Origin: an uncultured Pseudobdellovibrionaceae bacterium | Lineage (GTDB): Bacteria > Bdellovibrionota > Bdellovibrionia > Bdellovibrionales > JAGQZY01 | Assembly: GCA_964351315.1 (NCBI GenBank) | Contig: CAYGNH010000011.1 | Coordinates: forward strand, 50,251-114,250 | Length of the DNA stretch: 64,000 nucleotides | Direction of reading: 5' to 3' | Part shown: positions 1-9,907 of the stretch, one piece after another | How positions within the stretch are numbered: position 1 is the stretch's first letter | How the letters are laid out: each line of letters opens with the position of its first letter | Program-made: the position numbers and the translations under genes | Notes under the pieces: model-generated | What the model was told of the DNA's origin: nothing | The model's input: the letters and a program-made list of their open reading frames with translations, nothing else | Databases searched by the model: none

Positions 1-89
1 GTTTCTCCGGAATTTTTGTCCGGGCTACAGGAAATCAGACCGAGGCCACAGATCAAAAGTGTCTGAATTAAAAAGTAAGGGGTTTTCAT
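1..89 (-). CDS. lipoprotein, N-terminal fragment (gene runs off the left edge)
   Basis: The reverse strand from ATG (89-87) reads MKTPYFLIQTLLICGLGLISCSPDKNSGE, a signal peptide with lipobox L-I-S-C. AAGGAG lies about 6 nt upstream. Confidence 0.6.
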   Translation of the reverse strand, partial: MKTPYFLIQTLLICGLGLISCSPDKNSGE

Positions 90-141
90 GTGTATTCTCC
101 TTTGTTGGAGACATGAAAAAGCAAGGGCTAGGCCAAAAGGC

Positions 142-426
142 TTACCAATAGCTGGTTTCCGCCATGGCATTTTCGACCAAGTGAATTTGGCAGCTCAGGC
201 GTTCACCGGCTTCACCGCCATTGTTGTGCAGAGTCTTTTTTTCAAGTTCAGAAGGAAGAGGGAGTTCGCCGGGGGTGAAAATTCGCATTTTGCACTTTCC
301 GCAGATTCCGTCACCGCCACAGCTAGAAGCCACTTGGATGCCTTGGTCGATCAAATTTTGCATCAAAGATTTTGCGGGGTCGATTTCAATGACCCGTTGC
401 AGTTGCGGACAATTCAGCTTCGGCAT
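142..426 (-). CDS. [2Fe-2S] ferredoxin
   Basis: 94 aa with Cys pattern C-x5-C-x2-C ... C (SSCGGDGICGKCK ... LSCQ). A strong GGGGGAAGG RBS precedes the ATG. It explains the stop-free antisense stretch of + ORF 88..1152. Confidence 0.8.
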   Translation of the reverse strand: MPKLNCPQLQRVIEIDPAKSLMQNLIDQGIQVASSCGGDGICGKCKMRIFTPGELPLPSELEKKTLHNNGGEAGERLSCQIHLVENAMAETSYW

Positions 427-477
427 CCTTCCCCCTTAGTTGGAAGAAATTCACAATTATGGTACCTACTATGGAGT

Positions 478-1152
478 ATGGAAACAATGGCTTTTTTAGG
501 TTGCTCACGGGGGCTTGGTCAGGCTGTCACTTTAGAAATGGACAGAAAGTTGGAACTGAGCCAGGCGTTACTGTTTGCCAGAAATGAAACCTCGCTTGAG
601 AAATTGTCGCACAATTTGCAGGTTCAAGCAGAGGTTCTTGGGGTGGATTTTGCAAACCCCCTTTCGGTGGACACAGTCATGGAATCTTTTCGGCGAGCTC
701 AGCCTAGCCGAATTTTCTATTTTGCAGGAGGCGGCCCCTTTGGCCTGTTTTCTCAAAAAGCCTGGAAAGATCACCTTTGGGCCTTACAAGTTTCCTTTTT
801 AACCCCCAGCGAAATTTTACATCGACTGCTGAGTGATGCCGAGTTTTCCTTTGTTCGACAAATTGTCTTTGTGGGCTCAATGGTGGCGGACAGTCGCCCA
901 GATCCCCTGGCATCCAGCTACGCATCAGCCAAACACGGTCTGAAAGGCTTAATCGAATCTCTGCAAGGAGAGAACCTGGCGGTGGATTTGCGGTTTTTTC
1001 GGCCGGGGTATATGAATACGGATTTATTGCCAAAAAATGCCCGCCCAAGGCAAGAGGGGATGGTTTTAGCCGATCCGAAAGATGTGGCCGTTGATTTTGT
1101 AAAATGGGCGTTGGATTCAGAGGGTACTCCCATTTATGATGCTCTCGCCTGA
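478..1152 (+). CDS. short-chain dehydrogenase/reductase (SDR)
   Basis: The C-terminal 225 aa of ORF 88..1152 carry FLGCSRGLGQA (a degenerate TGxxxGxG) and the catalytic SSYASAKHG (YxxxK). The start is ATG 478 or ATG 487 (GGAG at 474-477). The upstream part of the ORF is antisense to the ferredoxin. Confidence 0.75.
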   Translation: METMAFLGCSRGLGQAVTLEMDRKLELSQALLFARNETSLEKLSHNLQVQAEVLGVDFANPLSVDTVMESFRRAQPSRIFYFAGGGPFGLFSQKAWKDHLWALQVSFLTPSEILHRLLSDAEFSFVRQIVFVGSMVADSRPDPLASSYASAKHGLKGLIESLQGENLAVDLRFFRPGYMNTDLLPKNARPRQEGMVLADPKDVAVDFVKWALDSEGTPIYDALA

Positions 1153-1251
1153 CACATCATATCTTAGACCGCTTCCAAGGATGTCCGGCCCGCAGGGGTA
1201 TGGTAAGAAATGATCTCCCAAGTGGAATTCTGCATTTAAAAGGAGCGCCCA

Positions 1252-2181
1252 ATGAGCCAAGTTGAAAACGTGATAATCGTAGGGTCCGGACCAGCCGGAT
1301 TGACCGCAGCAATTTATGCTTCTCGAGCTTTGTTAAACCCTTTGATGATTGAAGGCGAAGAAGTGGGTGGCCAGTTGATGACCACAACCGATGTTGAAAA
1401 CTTTCCAGGATTCCCCGATGGTATTATGGGTCCCGAGTTGATGACCATCACCAAAAAACAAGCTGAGCGTTTTGGGACTCGTTTTCTTGCAAAAAATGTA
1501 ACAAAAGTGGATTTATCATCGCGACCTTTCAAACTATGGGTTGGCGATGAAGAGTTTCAAGCCAAGTCCATTATTGTTTCAACCGGAGCCAGTGCAAAAT
1601 ACCTTGGTTTAGAAAATGAAAGACGACTTTTGGGTCGTGGTGTTTCGGCTTGTGCCACATGTGATGGAGCCTTCTTTAGAGATCAAACGGTTTTGGTTAT
1701 TGGGGGTGGTGATACCGCCATGGAAGAAGCCACTTTCCTAACTCGCTTTGCAAGCAAAGTGATTATTGTTCATCGTCGCGAGGAATTTCGCGCCAGTAAA
1801 ATTATGGCCGACAAAGCCTTGAATCACGAAAAAATTGAAGTGATGTGGAACTCAGAATTGCATGATGTTGTGGGCGACAAGCTGGTTGAGGCGGCAAAAA
1901 TTAAAAATACAAAAACCGGTGAAATCCAAGAGGTGAAGTGCGAAGGTGTCTTTATTGCCATTGGACATAAGCCCAATACCGACCTTTTTGCGGGACAGAT
2001 TAAAACCAACGATGTGGGCTATATCGAGACTGAAGGCTATAATACCCGGACTTCCGTCGAAGGTGTCTTTGCCGCAGGAGACGTTGCTGACGATAAATAC
2101 CGACAGGCGATCACAGCCGCAGGTACAGGTTGTATGGCAGCTATTGATTGTGAGCGCTGGTTAGAGGAAAATAGTCACTGA
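1252..2181 (+). CDS. trxB: thioredoxin-disulfide reductase
   Basis: GSGPAGLTAAIYASRA FAD motif, redox-active CATCDG, GGGDTAMEEA NADPH motif, 309 aa. AAAGGAG RBS. Confidence 0.95.
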   Translation: MSQVENVIIVGSGPAGLTAAIYASRALLNPLMIEGEEVGGQLMTTTDVENFPGFPDGIMGPELMTITKKQAERFGTRFLAKNVTKVDLSSRPFKLWVGDEEFQAKSIIVSTGASAKYLGLENERRLLGRGVSACATCDGAFFRDQTVLVIGGGDTAMEEATFLTRFASKVIIVHRREEFRASKIMADKALNHEKIEVMWNSELHDVVGDKLVEAAKIKNTKTGEIQEVKCEGVFIAIGHKPNTDLFAGQIKTNDVGYIETEGYNTRTSVEGVFAAGDVADDKYRQAITAAGTGCMAAIDCERWLEENSH

Positions 2182-2206
2182 GGCCTTAATTAAGCTGGAG
2201 GAGTGA

Positions 2207-2704
2207 GTGGCTAAAAAGATCAATACCGAAGATCTCGTTAAAAAAATTGAAAAGATCACTCGCGACCGCATCGTCAAAGAAAACGTTGTCGATCTTGAGC
2301 AATACCGTGACTTGAAAACAGCCAAGACTCCTAAAACAATATTGGTTATCGAAGATGATGAAACCATGCGCCGAGCTCTAGCGCGAATTTTCGAGGCCGA
2401 TGGGCATGTTGTCAAAGCCGCCGCCGACGGAACTCAGCTGTCTTCAGTTTTGGATGACCAGCCCATTGATCTCATTATTCTTGATATTGGACTGCCTTGG
2501 ATCAATGGTTACGAATTAGCCAAGCTGCTTAAAGAACACAATGATTTAAAAGAAATTCCATTGGTTTTTGTTAGCGCAAAAACCAGCGAGCTTGATGTTA
2601 AACGGGGATTTGAAGTCGGAGCTGATGACTATATCAAAAAACCATTCAATATCGATAAAATGAAAAAATCCATCGATACCTTACTGAAAATCAGTAACTC
2701 TTAA
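2207..2704 (+). CDS. single-domain response regulator (receiver) with a ~45-aa N-terminal extension
   Basis: ILVIEDDE...DLIILDIGLP...VFVSAK...KKPF receiver signature. GTG start after GGAGGAG. No output domain. Confidence 0.85.
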   Translation: MAKKINTEDLVKKIEKITRDRIVKENVVDLEQYRDLKTAKTPKTILVIEDDETMRRALARIFEADGHVVKAAADGTQLSSVLDDQPIDLIILDIGLPWINGYELAKLLKEHNDLKEIPLVFVSAKTSELDVKRGFEVGADDYIKKPFNIDKMKKSIDTLLKISNS

Positions 2705-2712
2705 TTTCAGAT

Positions 2713-3573
2713 TTACCGTTCAATGGCTTCTGACGTTGACCTTGGATCCAAGGCCTTGCGGAGAGCATCGGTAAAAATATTCACAGATAAAATCAAAAGG
2801 AACATGAAAACGGTGGCAGCCGTGAGGTTCCACCAAACACCTCGAGTCAGTTCGGCTTTAGCATCGTTGATCATGATCCCCCAAGACGGCGTTCCCGGTT
2901 CAACTCCAAGGCCCAGATAACTTAAAATCACTTCCACCTTAACTGCAAAGATAAAAGACAGTGAATACTGAATGTAGGCTAAGTGTAAAACATTAGGCAA
3001 AATATGTTTAAAAATTTGCGACCGCGAAGAGCTTCCTAGAGCCTGGGCCGCCGCTACATAATCTCGATTTTTGTGTCTTAAAAACTCTCCGCGAGTCAAC
3101 CGACATAACTTCACCCACCCCGTGAGTCCCAAAGCTATAAAAAGGTTGGAAAGACCCTGGCCCAGTGAAAAGGCGAAGGCTGAAATCAAAAGGATATAAG
3201 GAATAGATTCAAGGGTTGTGTAAAGCCAAACCACTAAATCATCAACCCATCCTCCAAAAAAGCCGGCAATGGCTCCTAGGATCAAACCCATTGCGGTCGA
3301 AATGGTCGCAGCAAAAAAACCGACCAGAATTGCGATCTTGGTTCCGTGTAAAGCCCGAGACAAAACATCGCGACCCAAAAAATCAGTCCCCATCCAATGT
3401 TGAGAGGAGGGGGCATGGTAGGAGAGATCCAACTGAGTCGATGAGAAATTCATTCCGATCAACCCGAGGCCGGCCAAGAGTGCGATCAAAAGATAGATAA
3501 CAATGATAAAAAAACTGAAGAGGGCTGTCCGACTTTTGAATACACTACGAAAAGAATTTCTTTGATCAATCAT
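2713..3573 (-). CDS. peptide ABC transporter permease (DppC/OppC/YejE-like)
   Basis: 286 aa and 6 TM, with an EAA-like loop (DYVAAAQALGSSSRSQIFKHILPN). Its ATG overlaps the upstream permease stop (ATGA). Confidence 0.9.
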   Translation of the reverse strand: MIDQRNSFRSVFKSRTALFSFFIIVIYLLIALLAGLGLIGMNFSSTQLDLSYHAPSSQHWMGTDFLGRDVLSRALHGTKIAILVGFFAATISTAMGLILGAIAGFFGGWVDDLVVWLYTTLESIPYILLISAFAFSLGQGLSNLFIALGLTGWVKLCRLTRGEFLRHKNRDYVAAAQALGSSSRSQIFKHILPNVLHLAYIQYSLSFIFAVKVEVILSYLGLGVEPGTPSWGIMINDAKAELTRGVWWNLTAATVFMFLLILSVNIFTDALRKALDPRSTSEAIER

Positions 3574-4514
3574 CTCAACTCCACCCTTGGATCGAAAACC
3601 AGATAGAGAAGATCAGCAATAAGGTTAAAAACGAGATAGAGAATAGACCCCATAACTGTGAAAGCTTTAACGACTGGAAAGTCAGCGCTTTCAATGGCTT
3701 GAATAAGGAGTCCACCTATGCCTGGAATACCGAAAAACTTTTCAAGCAGCAGGTTGCCAGTGATCAAAAAGGGTACTTGCAGGACAACGATTGTTATTAC
3801 CGGGATCATTGCATTTTTCAAGATATGCTTACTGAATAAACCCACTCGACTCACGCCCTTGGCTTGGGCGGTGCGGACATAATCTTGAATGACTTCGTCC
3901 ATAAAAGCTGATCGAAAAATCAAAATATTGGGTCCAAGAGAAACCACGATGGAAATCAGCCAAGGAAGAAAAAGGTAAGCCCAGCGTCCGGACCAAGAGT
4001 CGTCCCAACCATTAAGGGGGAACAATCGAAAATGAAAAGCAAAAAGATACTGAAACGAAATGATATAGACAAGAAAGCTAATGCTCATTAAAGCCAAGCA
4101 AAACGTTGTCACGCTGCGGTCTAAAATGATGAGAGAGCCACGAGCGCTAGCCGAAAACAAGGCCACCATTATCGATATCAGAAAGCTGATGAGAAACGCA
4201 GGGACAGTCAATGAAAGAGAGGGGCCGATCCCCTTAGCAATCATGTCGCTAATTTTGGCCTGAGTTTGCCAGCTTCGCCCCCAATCAAAGGTCAAGGTCT
4301 GTTTAACAAAGTCGATGTATTGCCTAACTAGATTTTGGTTAAGTCCCAGTTCTTTTCGGATCGATTCAATCTGCTCTGGTTTGGCGTATTTTCCGGCCAA
4401 CTGAAGGGCGGGATCGCCACCAACGACATTAAAAATTAAAAAAGTAACAAGGGTGACTCCAAAGAGAATGGGTATGGAATATAAAATTCTGCGTAGTATG
4501 TATTGAGTTGGAAT
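3570..4514 (-). CDS. peptide ABC transporter permease (DppB/OppB/YejB-like), probable ATT start
   Basis: The ORF track starts at TTG 4400. The in-frame upstream codons encode PTQYILRRILYSIPILFGVTLVTFLIFNVVGGDPALQ, the canonical N-terminus and TM1 of this family. No ATG, GTG or TTG is available after the TAG at 4524-4526. ATT at 4514-4512 sits 6 nt after AGAGG. Confidence 0.8.
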   Translation of the reverse strand: MPTQYILRRILYSIPILFGVTLVTFLIFNVVGGDPALQLAGKYAKPEQIESIRKELGLNQNLVRQYIDFVKQTLTFDWGRSWQTQAKISDMIAKGIGPSLSLTVPAFLISFLISIMVALFSASARGSLIILDRSVTTFCLALMSISFLVYIISFQYLFAFHFRLFPLNGWDDSWSGRWAYLFLPWLISIVVSLGPNILIFRSAFMDEVIQDYVRTAQAKGVSRVGLFSKHILKNAMIPVITIVVLQVPFLITGNLLLEKFFGIPGIGGLLIQAIESADFPVVKAFTVMGSILYLVFNLIADLLYLVFDPRVELR

Positions 4515-4523
4515 TCTAAACCT

Positions 4524-6275
4524 CTACAATTTCTTTAATGAGTCAGCCTTTTTATTTTTATCAACAAAATAATACTGAAGGTGATCATATATTATTGGGT
4601 ACTCATAATAGTTGTCCAACCAGTCATGATAGGTTAGGCGAAAAATGCGATGAACCATAAAAATCCCCGGGACATCTTCATTTATTTTTTGCACCATTTC
4701 GCGAAACAGCTTGTAACGCTCGGGTCCGGGGCGGAGAGCCAGAGCTTTTTCGTAAAGCTCATCGTACTCTCGATTGATGTAGTTGAAATTATTAGAACCC
4801 GGCGAGATATTCTTAGAATAGAAGAGCTGTAAAAAGTTTTCCGCATCTGGGTAGTCAGCATTCCACGCCATATCAAAAAGAGTGGCTTTCTTGTTTTTGA
4901 TTTTCTCATCAAATTGAGGCCAGGTGTTGGCTTTGAGTTTTATGTTGATACCAATTTTACCCCATTGATCTTTCAGCAGCTCGCCAAACTGTCTTGAAAA
5001 AGTCGATGTGCTGGGTAGTTCATATTCAAAAATGGGAAGACCCTCTCCGTTGGGAAATCCGGCTTCTTTTAGGTAATTTTTTGCTTTTTCCAAGTCGTAA
5101 GAAATGGGGTGTTTGTAATTAGGATCGTATCCTCGTAATCCAGGAGGAATCGGACTTTGTGCGACCAAGCCTCGGTGGTTATAAAACTTTGCTAAGATCA
5201 GTTCGCGATCAAGGGCTGCGGCCATCGCTTTTCTGACGTTCTTGTGCTTCCCGAGTACTGGATGTTCCATGTTGAAGGCCACAAAGGTAACGTCCGGTCG
5301 CGGGAGGTTATGAATTTTTATGCCTTTTTCTGTGATCTCAGGTTTCACTTTATTGTCTTGAAAGACCTGGTCGTAATTGTCTTTTGGGATGATTCCATGG
5401 TCCAACTCGCCTTTCAAAAAAGCCAACCAAAGAGGTTGTCTTTCTGTGATGATACGGACAACGATTTTATCGGATAAAGGTAGGCGTCGTCCTTTGTTCT
5501 TTAAGAAGCCCCGTTTGATTGCCTCATCGCTGCCTTCGCTTGGGAAAAAAGACTTTCGGTAGGTGGGATTTTTGGTCAAGATCACTTCGGAGTTGCGAAC
5601 CCATTTCTCAAGAACAAAGGGGCCGGTTCCAACTGGGTGATTGACGATATCTTTGCCGTACTTTTCCACAACTTCTTTGGCCACAACCATGGTTGGCGGA
5701 TTGGCGAGGTAGTGAATAAACTGGAAAGACCTTCGAGTGAGTTTGATTTGTAATGTATGAGAGTCTATTACTTTAAGACCTTCGACTGGAGCATCGTGGG
5801 TGACTTGACCGCTGCGCAAAAGATCCCGCCACTCATTTAATCCAACAATCAGTCCATCAAATAACCACCAACCCAAGGCTTTGTTTTTGGGGTCAGCAAG
5901 ACGCTTCCAAGAGTAAACGAAATCGTCGGCCACCAGTTCGCGACCTTTGCCCCCCGGGAAGGCCTCGTCATTTTGGAACATGACCCCTTTTTTAATCTTA
6001 ATGGTGTAGGTCTTTCCGTCGCTGGATACTTTAGGCATGGCCTCGGCTAAAGAAGGTTCGACCTCCACTGGGCGCTTGAGGTAGTGATAATGATAGAGCC
6101 CCTCAAAGATACTGCCATTGATGGTGGAAGATATTTTATTCATTGAAAGAATTGGATCTAGGTGTGGGATATTAGAATCTAAAACACTAACAACCACATC
6201 TCCTTCTGGAGCTTTTTGTGAGGTGCATGAGGCCACCAGGGTGGTCATCATCAATAAGAGCAAAAATAGTTTCAT
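4524..6275 (-). CDS. ABC transporter substrate-binding lipoprotein, family 5 (YejA/OppA-like, ~583 aa)
   Basis: Start chosen at MKLFLLLLMMTTLVASCTSQ (lipobox LVASC, GAGGA RBS). Family-5 SBP-like sequence throughout (DPxxxxD..., NPTYR, WNADYPD). Confidence 0.88.
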   Translation of the reverse strand: MKLFLLLLMMTTLVASCTSQKAPEGDVVVSVLDSNIPHLDPILSMNKISSTINGSIFEGLYHYHYLKRPVEVEPSLAEAMPKVSSDGKTYTIKIKKGVMFQNDEAFPGGKGRELVADDFVYSWKRLADPKNKALGWWLFDGLIVGLNEWRDLLRSGQVTHDAPVEGLKVIDSHTLQIKLTRRSFQFIHYLANPPTMVVAKEVVEKYGKDIVNHPVGTGPFVLEKWVRNSEVILTKNPTYRKSFFPSEGSDEAIKRGFLKNKGRRLPLSDKIVVRIITERQPLWLAFLKGELDHGIIPKDNYDQVFQDNKVKPEITEKGIKIHNLPRPDVTFVAFNMEHPVLGKHKNVRKAMAAALDRELILAKFYNHRGLVAQSPIPPGLRGYDPNYKHPISYDLEKAKNYLKEAGFPNGEGLPIFEYELPSTSTFSRQFGELLKDQWGKIGINIKLKANTWPQFDEKIKNKKATLFDMAWNADYPDAENFLQLFYSKNISPGSNNFNYINREYDELYEKALALRPGPERYKLFREMVQKINEDVPGIFMVHRIFRLTYHDWLDNYYEYPIIYDHLQYYFVDKNKKADSLKKL

Positions 6276-6311
6276 GGGCAGAATCCTCAGTTTTTTCGTG
6301 AAAAGCCTCTC

Positions 6312-7007
6312 ATGTCTTACTATAACAGGGCCATGCGGACAAAAAAGAGTAAAGAAGAAGAACTTTTGGATCAATATGTTGCCAAGCCTTCGCTTATTCA
6401 GTGGATTGAAAATCGCCTAGAAAATGATGGAAGGTTGGGCATAAATATTGGAATGCAGGAGGGGCTTATTTTAAAAGCCCTATGCTCACAAAATAATGTG
6501 GAAAAAGTTGTGGAGATAGGAACTCAGTATGGGTGCTCTGCATCATGGATGGCGATGGCCCTAGGAAGTCGGGGCCAGATCTACACTTTAGAGCGGGACC
6601 CAGAATGTATCAAAAATTCAAAAGAGACTTTTCAACATCCGGACTTTGTCGACCTTAAGTGTCAAATCCGTCTGATCGAAGGGCCAGCATTGGAAAACCT
6701 GGAAAATCTAGAGTCTGAGGGACCCTTCGATTTTATCTTTATTGATGCCAATAAGTCGGGCTATCTGGATTATCTGCATTGGGCGAAGAAAAATTTAAGC
6801 CCAGCGGGGGTGATTGCCATTGATAATGTTTATCTTTTTGGCTCCGTTTTTCTAGAAGAGTGCCCTGCCGAAACCCCCAAGAAGATGTGGAATGTGATGA
6901 AACAAGTTTTATCCGAGCAACTGCAAGACCCTGGCTATAACACTTTTACTGTTCCCACTACCGAAGGCTTGCTTGTTTCTTATAAAAAACCTCCCGTAAA
7001 ACAATAG
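6312..7007 (+). CDS. class I SAM-dependent O-methyltransferase (caffeoyl-CoA OMT-like)
   Basis: VVEIGTQYGCSASWMA (SAM motif I) and FDFIFIDANKSGYLDY, typical of cation-dependent O-methyltransferases. The start is uncertain (6312 or 6333). Confidence 0.8.
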   Translation: MSYYNRAMRTKKSKEEELLDQYVAKPSLIQWIENRLENDGRLGINIGMQEGLILKALCSQNNVEKVVEIGTQYGCSASWMAMALGSRGQIYTLERDPECIKNSKETFQHPDFVDLKCQIRLIEGPALENLENLESEGPFDFIFIDANKSGYLDYLHWAKKNLSPAGVIAIDNVYLFGSVFLEECPAETPKKMWNVMKQVLSEQLQDPGYNTFTVPTTEGLLVSYKKPPVKQ

Positions 7008-7082
7008 GGTGCCTGGAATCGAAGAATTCTCACGCCGCAATAAGGAAAAGGTTCCCGGCTCCTTTTGTGATAGAATTTTCAG

Positions 7083-8780
7083 ATGGAATCCTTGCTTGAA
7101 GTTAAAAATTTAACGGTCGATTTTCACACCGAGGATTCTTCCGTCCGTGCCGTAAATGATGTTTCCTTCTTGGTGCCCAAGGGAAAAACCATTGGCCTGG
7201 TGGGCGAGTCTGGATCCGGGAAAAGTGTCACCAGTCTTTGCGCCATGGGACTTCTTGCCAGTCCTCCCGGAAAAATCACCGATGGCGAAATTCTTTTTGA
7301 AGGTAAAAATCTTTTGGCTCTCTCGGAAAGTGAAATGCGCAAGATTCGTGGCAACCGAATTTCCATGATCTTTCAAGAACCCATGACCTCTTTGAATCCT
7401 GTTTTCACTGTCGGTTACCAAATTGTTGAAGCCTTACGGCTGCATCAAAAAATGGGTAAGAAAGAGGCGTGGGAAAAAGCGACAGATTTGTTGAATGAAG
7501 TTGGTATCCCTGATCCGAAGAAAAGAGTCACCGCTTACCCCCATGAAATGAGTGGTGGGCAGAGGCAGCGAGTGATGATTGCCATGGCCATTGCGTGTGA
7601 GCCTGATCTTTTAATTGCAGACGAACCAACCACGGCTCTTGATGTGACGATACAAAAACAGATTCTAGAACTGTTAGCGCGACTTCAGTCCCAATATGGA
7701 ATGAGCATGCTGTTTATCACTCATGACTTAGGAGTGATTGGTGATATCGCTGACGAAGTGATCGTCATGTACAAAGGCAATCTGGTCGAACAGGGGACAG
7801 CCCAAAATATTTTTAAAAACCCAAAGCACCCCTATACAAAAGGGCTTTTGGCTTGCCGGCCGTCGTTAGAGAAAAACTACAATCGGTTGGCCACCATCAC
7901 CGATTTTATGGGGGCCGATGGTAAAGAAAAATCTTTTGATGAAGCCAGTCTGGGTCTTCGGGGCGACCGCCCCTTAGCGACAGAAGAGAAAGCTCTTCTA
8001 GAGATAAAAAATATTAAAAAGTACTACCCTTTAAAATCGAGCTGGTTTGGTGGTGGCAAAGAATTTGTAAAAGCCGTCGATGATGTCAGTCTCAATGTGT
8101 ACAAGGGAAGAACTTTGGGTTTGGTTGGAGAGTCGGGCTGTGGCAAAACAACCCTCGGCCGCACGGTTTTGCGATTGATCGAACCCACCGACGGAAAAAT
8201 TATTTACGATGGCACCGATGTGACCAGTCTTGACAAGTCGGCGATGCGGAAAATGCGGCGCAAACTGCAAATCATCTTCCAGGATCCCTACGCCAGTTTG
8301 AATCCCCGGATGACGGTGGGTTCGGCCATCATGGAGCCCATGGCGATCCATGGTTTAGGGGCTAATAAAAAAGAGAGATTAGACAAAGCCGCGGTATTGA
8401 TGGAAAAGGTGGGATTGGAAACCAAGTTTTTAAACCGCTACCCCCACGAGTTTTCTGGGGGACAAAGGCAGAGAGTCTGCATAGCCAGAGCCTTGGCCGT
8501 CGAACCCGAATTTATTATTTGTGACGAGTCGGTTTCGGCTTTGGATGTTTCTATTCAGGCCCAAATACTAAATCTTCTGTTAGACTTGCAAGAGGAAATG
8601 GGTCTGACCTATATTTTTATTTCCCATGATTTGGCGGTGGTAAAGTTCATCTCCGATGAGTTGGCGGTCATGAATAAGGGGCAAATCGTTGAGATGGCCA
8701 AAGCTTCTGAAATCTATGATAATCCACAACAAGACTATACGAAAAGGCTTCTCGATTCGATTCCAAAAGGCATTCAGTAG
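7083..8780 (+). CDS. ABC transporter ATP-binding protein with two fused ATPase domains (YejF/GsiA-like)
   Basis: Two Walker A motifs ([16 protein letters not shown]), two signature motifs ([16 protein letters not shown]), two Walker B motifs ([16 protein letters not shown]). 565 aa. Confidence 0.93.
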   Translation: MESLLEVKNLTVDFHTEDSSVRAVNDVSFLVPKGKTIGLVGESGSGKSVTSLCAMGLLASPPGKITDGEILFEGKNLLALSESEMRKIRGNRISMIFQEPMTSLNPVFTVGYQIVEALRLHQKMGKKEAWEKATDLLNEVGIPDPKKRVTAYPHEMSGGQRQRVMIAMAIACEPDLLIADEPTTALDVTIQKQILELLARLQSQYGMSMLFITHDLGVIGDIADEVIVMYKGNLVEQGTAQNIFKNPKHPYTKGLLACRPSLEKNYNRLATITDFMGADGKEKSFDEASLGLRGDRPLATEEKALLEIKNIKKYYPLKSSWFGGGKEFVKAVDDVSLNVYKGRTLGLVGESGCGKTTLGRTVLRLIEPTDGKIIYDGTDVTSLDKSAMRKMRRKLQIIFQDPYASLNPRMTVGSAIMEPMAIHGLGANKKERLDKAAVLMEKVGLETKFLNRYPHEFSGGQRQRVCIARALAVEPEFIICDESVSALDVSIQAQILNLLLDLQEEMGLTYIFISHDLAVVKFISDELAVMNKGQIVEMAKASEIYDNPQQDYTKRLLDSIPKGIQ

Positions 8781-8918
8781 CACAATATAGGCCGTGGACT
8801 TTCCCTTTGGTCGAACCGATGGTTTTTTAAAGCATTTCTCTTTTTAAGTTTTACAATGAGACAATTTTATACAGTATATGTCATTTAATTGGGGCAAAGG
8901 AAAATTTCGAAAAGTGTT

Positions 8919-9770
8919 TCAGTGGGCGACGGTTAGGTATTCTTTGGAGAGCTCTAGGCCTGGAAGAAGTTTTTCAATTTCTCTTTGAACATTATTTAGA
9001 ACCAAGGGAAGTTCCGCGGTGACGGCTTGGGCGGGCTTTTGGTCTTTGTTGTAGGCTTCAAGGTTTCGCAACAGGTAAGCCCGGTAATTGACAAAACGTT
9101 GAACATCCGTTGTTTGCAAAGTGTAGAGATTGGTATTTAAGCGTTCCATTTCTTGGGTTAACTTTTGGTAAATATTGATGGCGGCTTCGCCAGTGTCGGC
9201 CGGAGCCTCTTGATCTTTGACTTGGTCAACGGCGGCTTTCATCAAGCAGTCTTGGTGTTCAGCACGGATCGAGCTGATGTTGGTAAAGGGAACCACATAA
9301 CGGTCTCGCACTTGGGGTGCAATTCGTGTCGCTTTCGGCAATAAAGAAATCATTTTTTCAAGGTAGTCGATAGTCAATTGCGCAATATGATTCACTTCTT
9401 GAGAATCTTCTGTGTCCACATCATAAAGTTTGACAGTCAAAGAATCGATATCTTCTCGGACCCGTACGAGATCGGTTTTTAATTGTTTCGGCATGCCTTG
9501 GGCAAAATCGGCCTCAAGGGCTTCTTGGATTTTTTTGTATCGAGATTCAATATCTTGATTGACCATGATGGCCTGGCACTCGTCATCGATCGCAGAACTC
9601 TCGGACGCCTGTTCAATGCTCACTTCATCTTCAACCACTTGCACTGGTGGCAGCTCTTGGCCGTAGGCCACTGAGGTATTGAATAGAACGAAAAATACGA
9701 GGGGGAGGGCCAACCAATTGGGGGATGGAAAGAACCGAAAAAAAATGACATTTATGAATCCACTAAACAC
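8919..9770 (-). CDS. hypothetical secreted, largely helical protein
   Basis: N-terminal hydrophobic signal (LALPLVFFVLFNTSVAYG/QE). Long ORF with no competing frame. No recognisable motif. Confidence 0.6.
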   Translation of the reverse strand: MFSGFINVIFFRFFPSPNWLALPLVFFVLFNTSVAYGQELPPVQVVEDEVSIEQASESSAIDDECQAIMVNQDIESRYKKIQEALEADFAQGMPKQLKTDLVRVREDIDSLTVKLYDVDTEDSQEVNHIAQLTIDYLEKMISLLPKATRIAPQVRDRYVVPFTNISSIRAEHQDCLMKAAVDQVKDQEAPADTGEAAINIYQKLTQEMERLNTNLYTLQTTDVQRFVNYRAYLLRNLEAYNKDQKPAQAVTAELPLVLNNVQREIEKLLPGLELSKEYLTVAH

Positions 9771-9907
9771 GAACAGCCTACCTCAGGACTTACAAAATAC
9801 AATTTGTGTGCCATTTAAGGTATTTGCTCAGCTGCAAACAATTAAGACATGCGTTGAAGTTTCTCGCATTGGAGTGACAAATTTTGTCAGTGAGTGGGTT
9901 GGAATGA

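Noticed and set aside
88-477. The 130-codon N-terminal part of the 354-aa + ORF 88..1152
   Set aside because: It is exactly antisense to a well-formed 2Fe-2S ferredoxin gene (142..426, strong RBS, Cys motif). The recognisable SDR domain only starts near 478. This is a shadow ORF.
6276-6374. The 33-codon N-terminal extension of the SBP ORF
   Set aside because: The internal Met at 6275 gives a classical lipoprotein signal (LVASC) with a GAGGA RBS. The extension overlaps the divergent methyltransferase start region.
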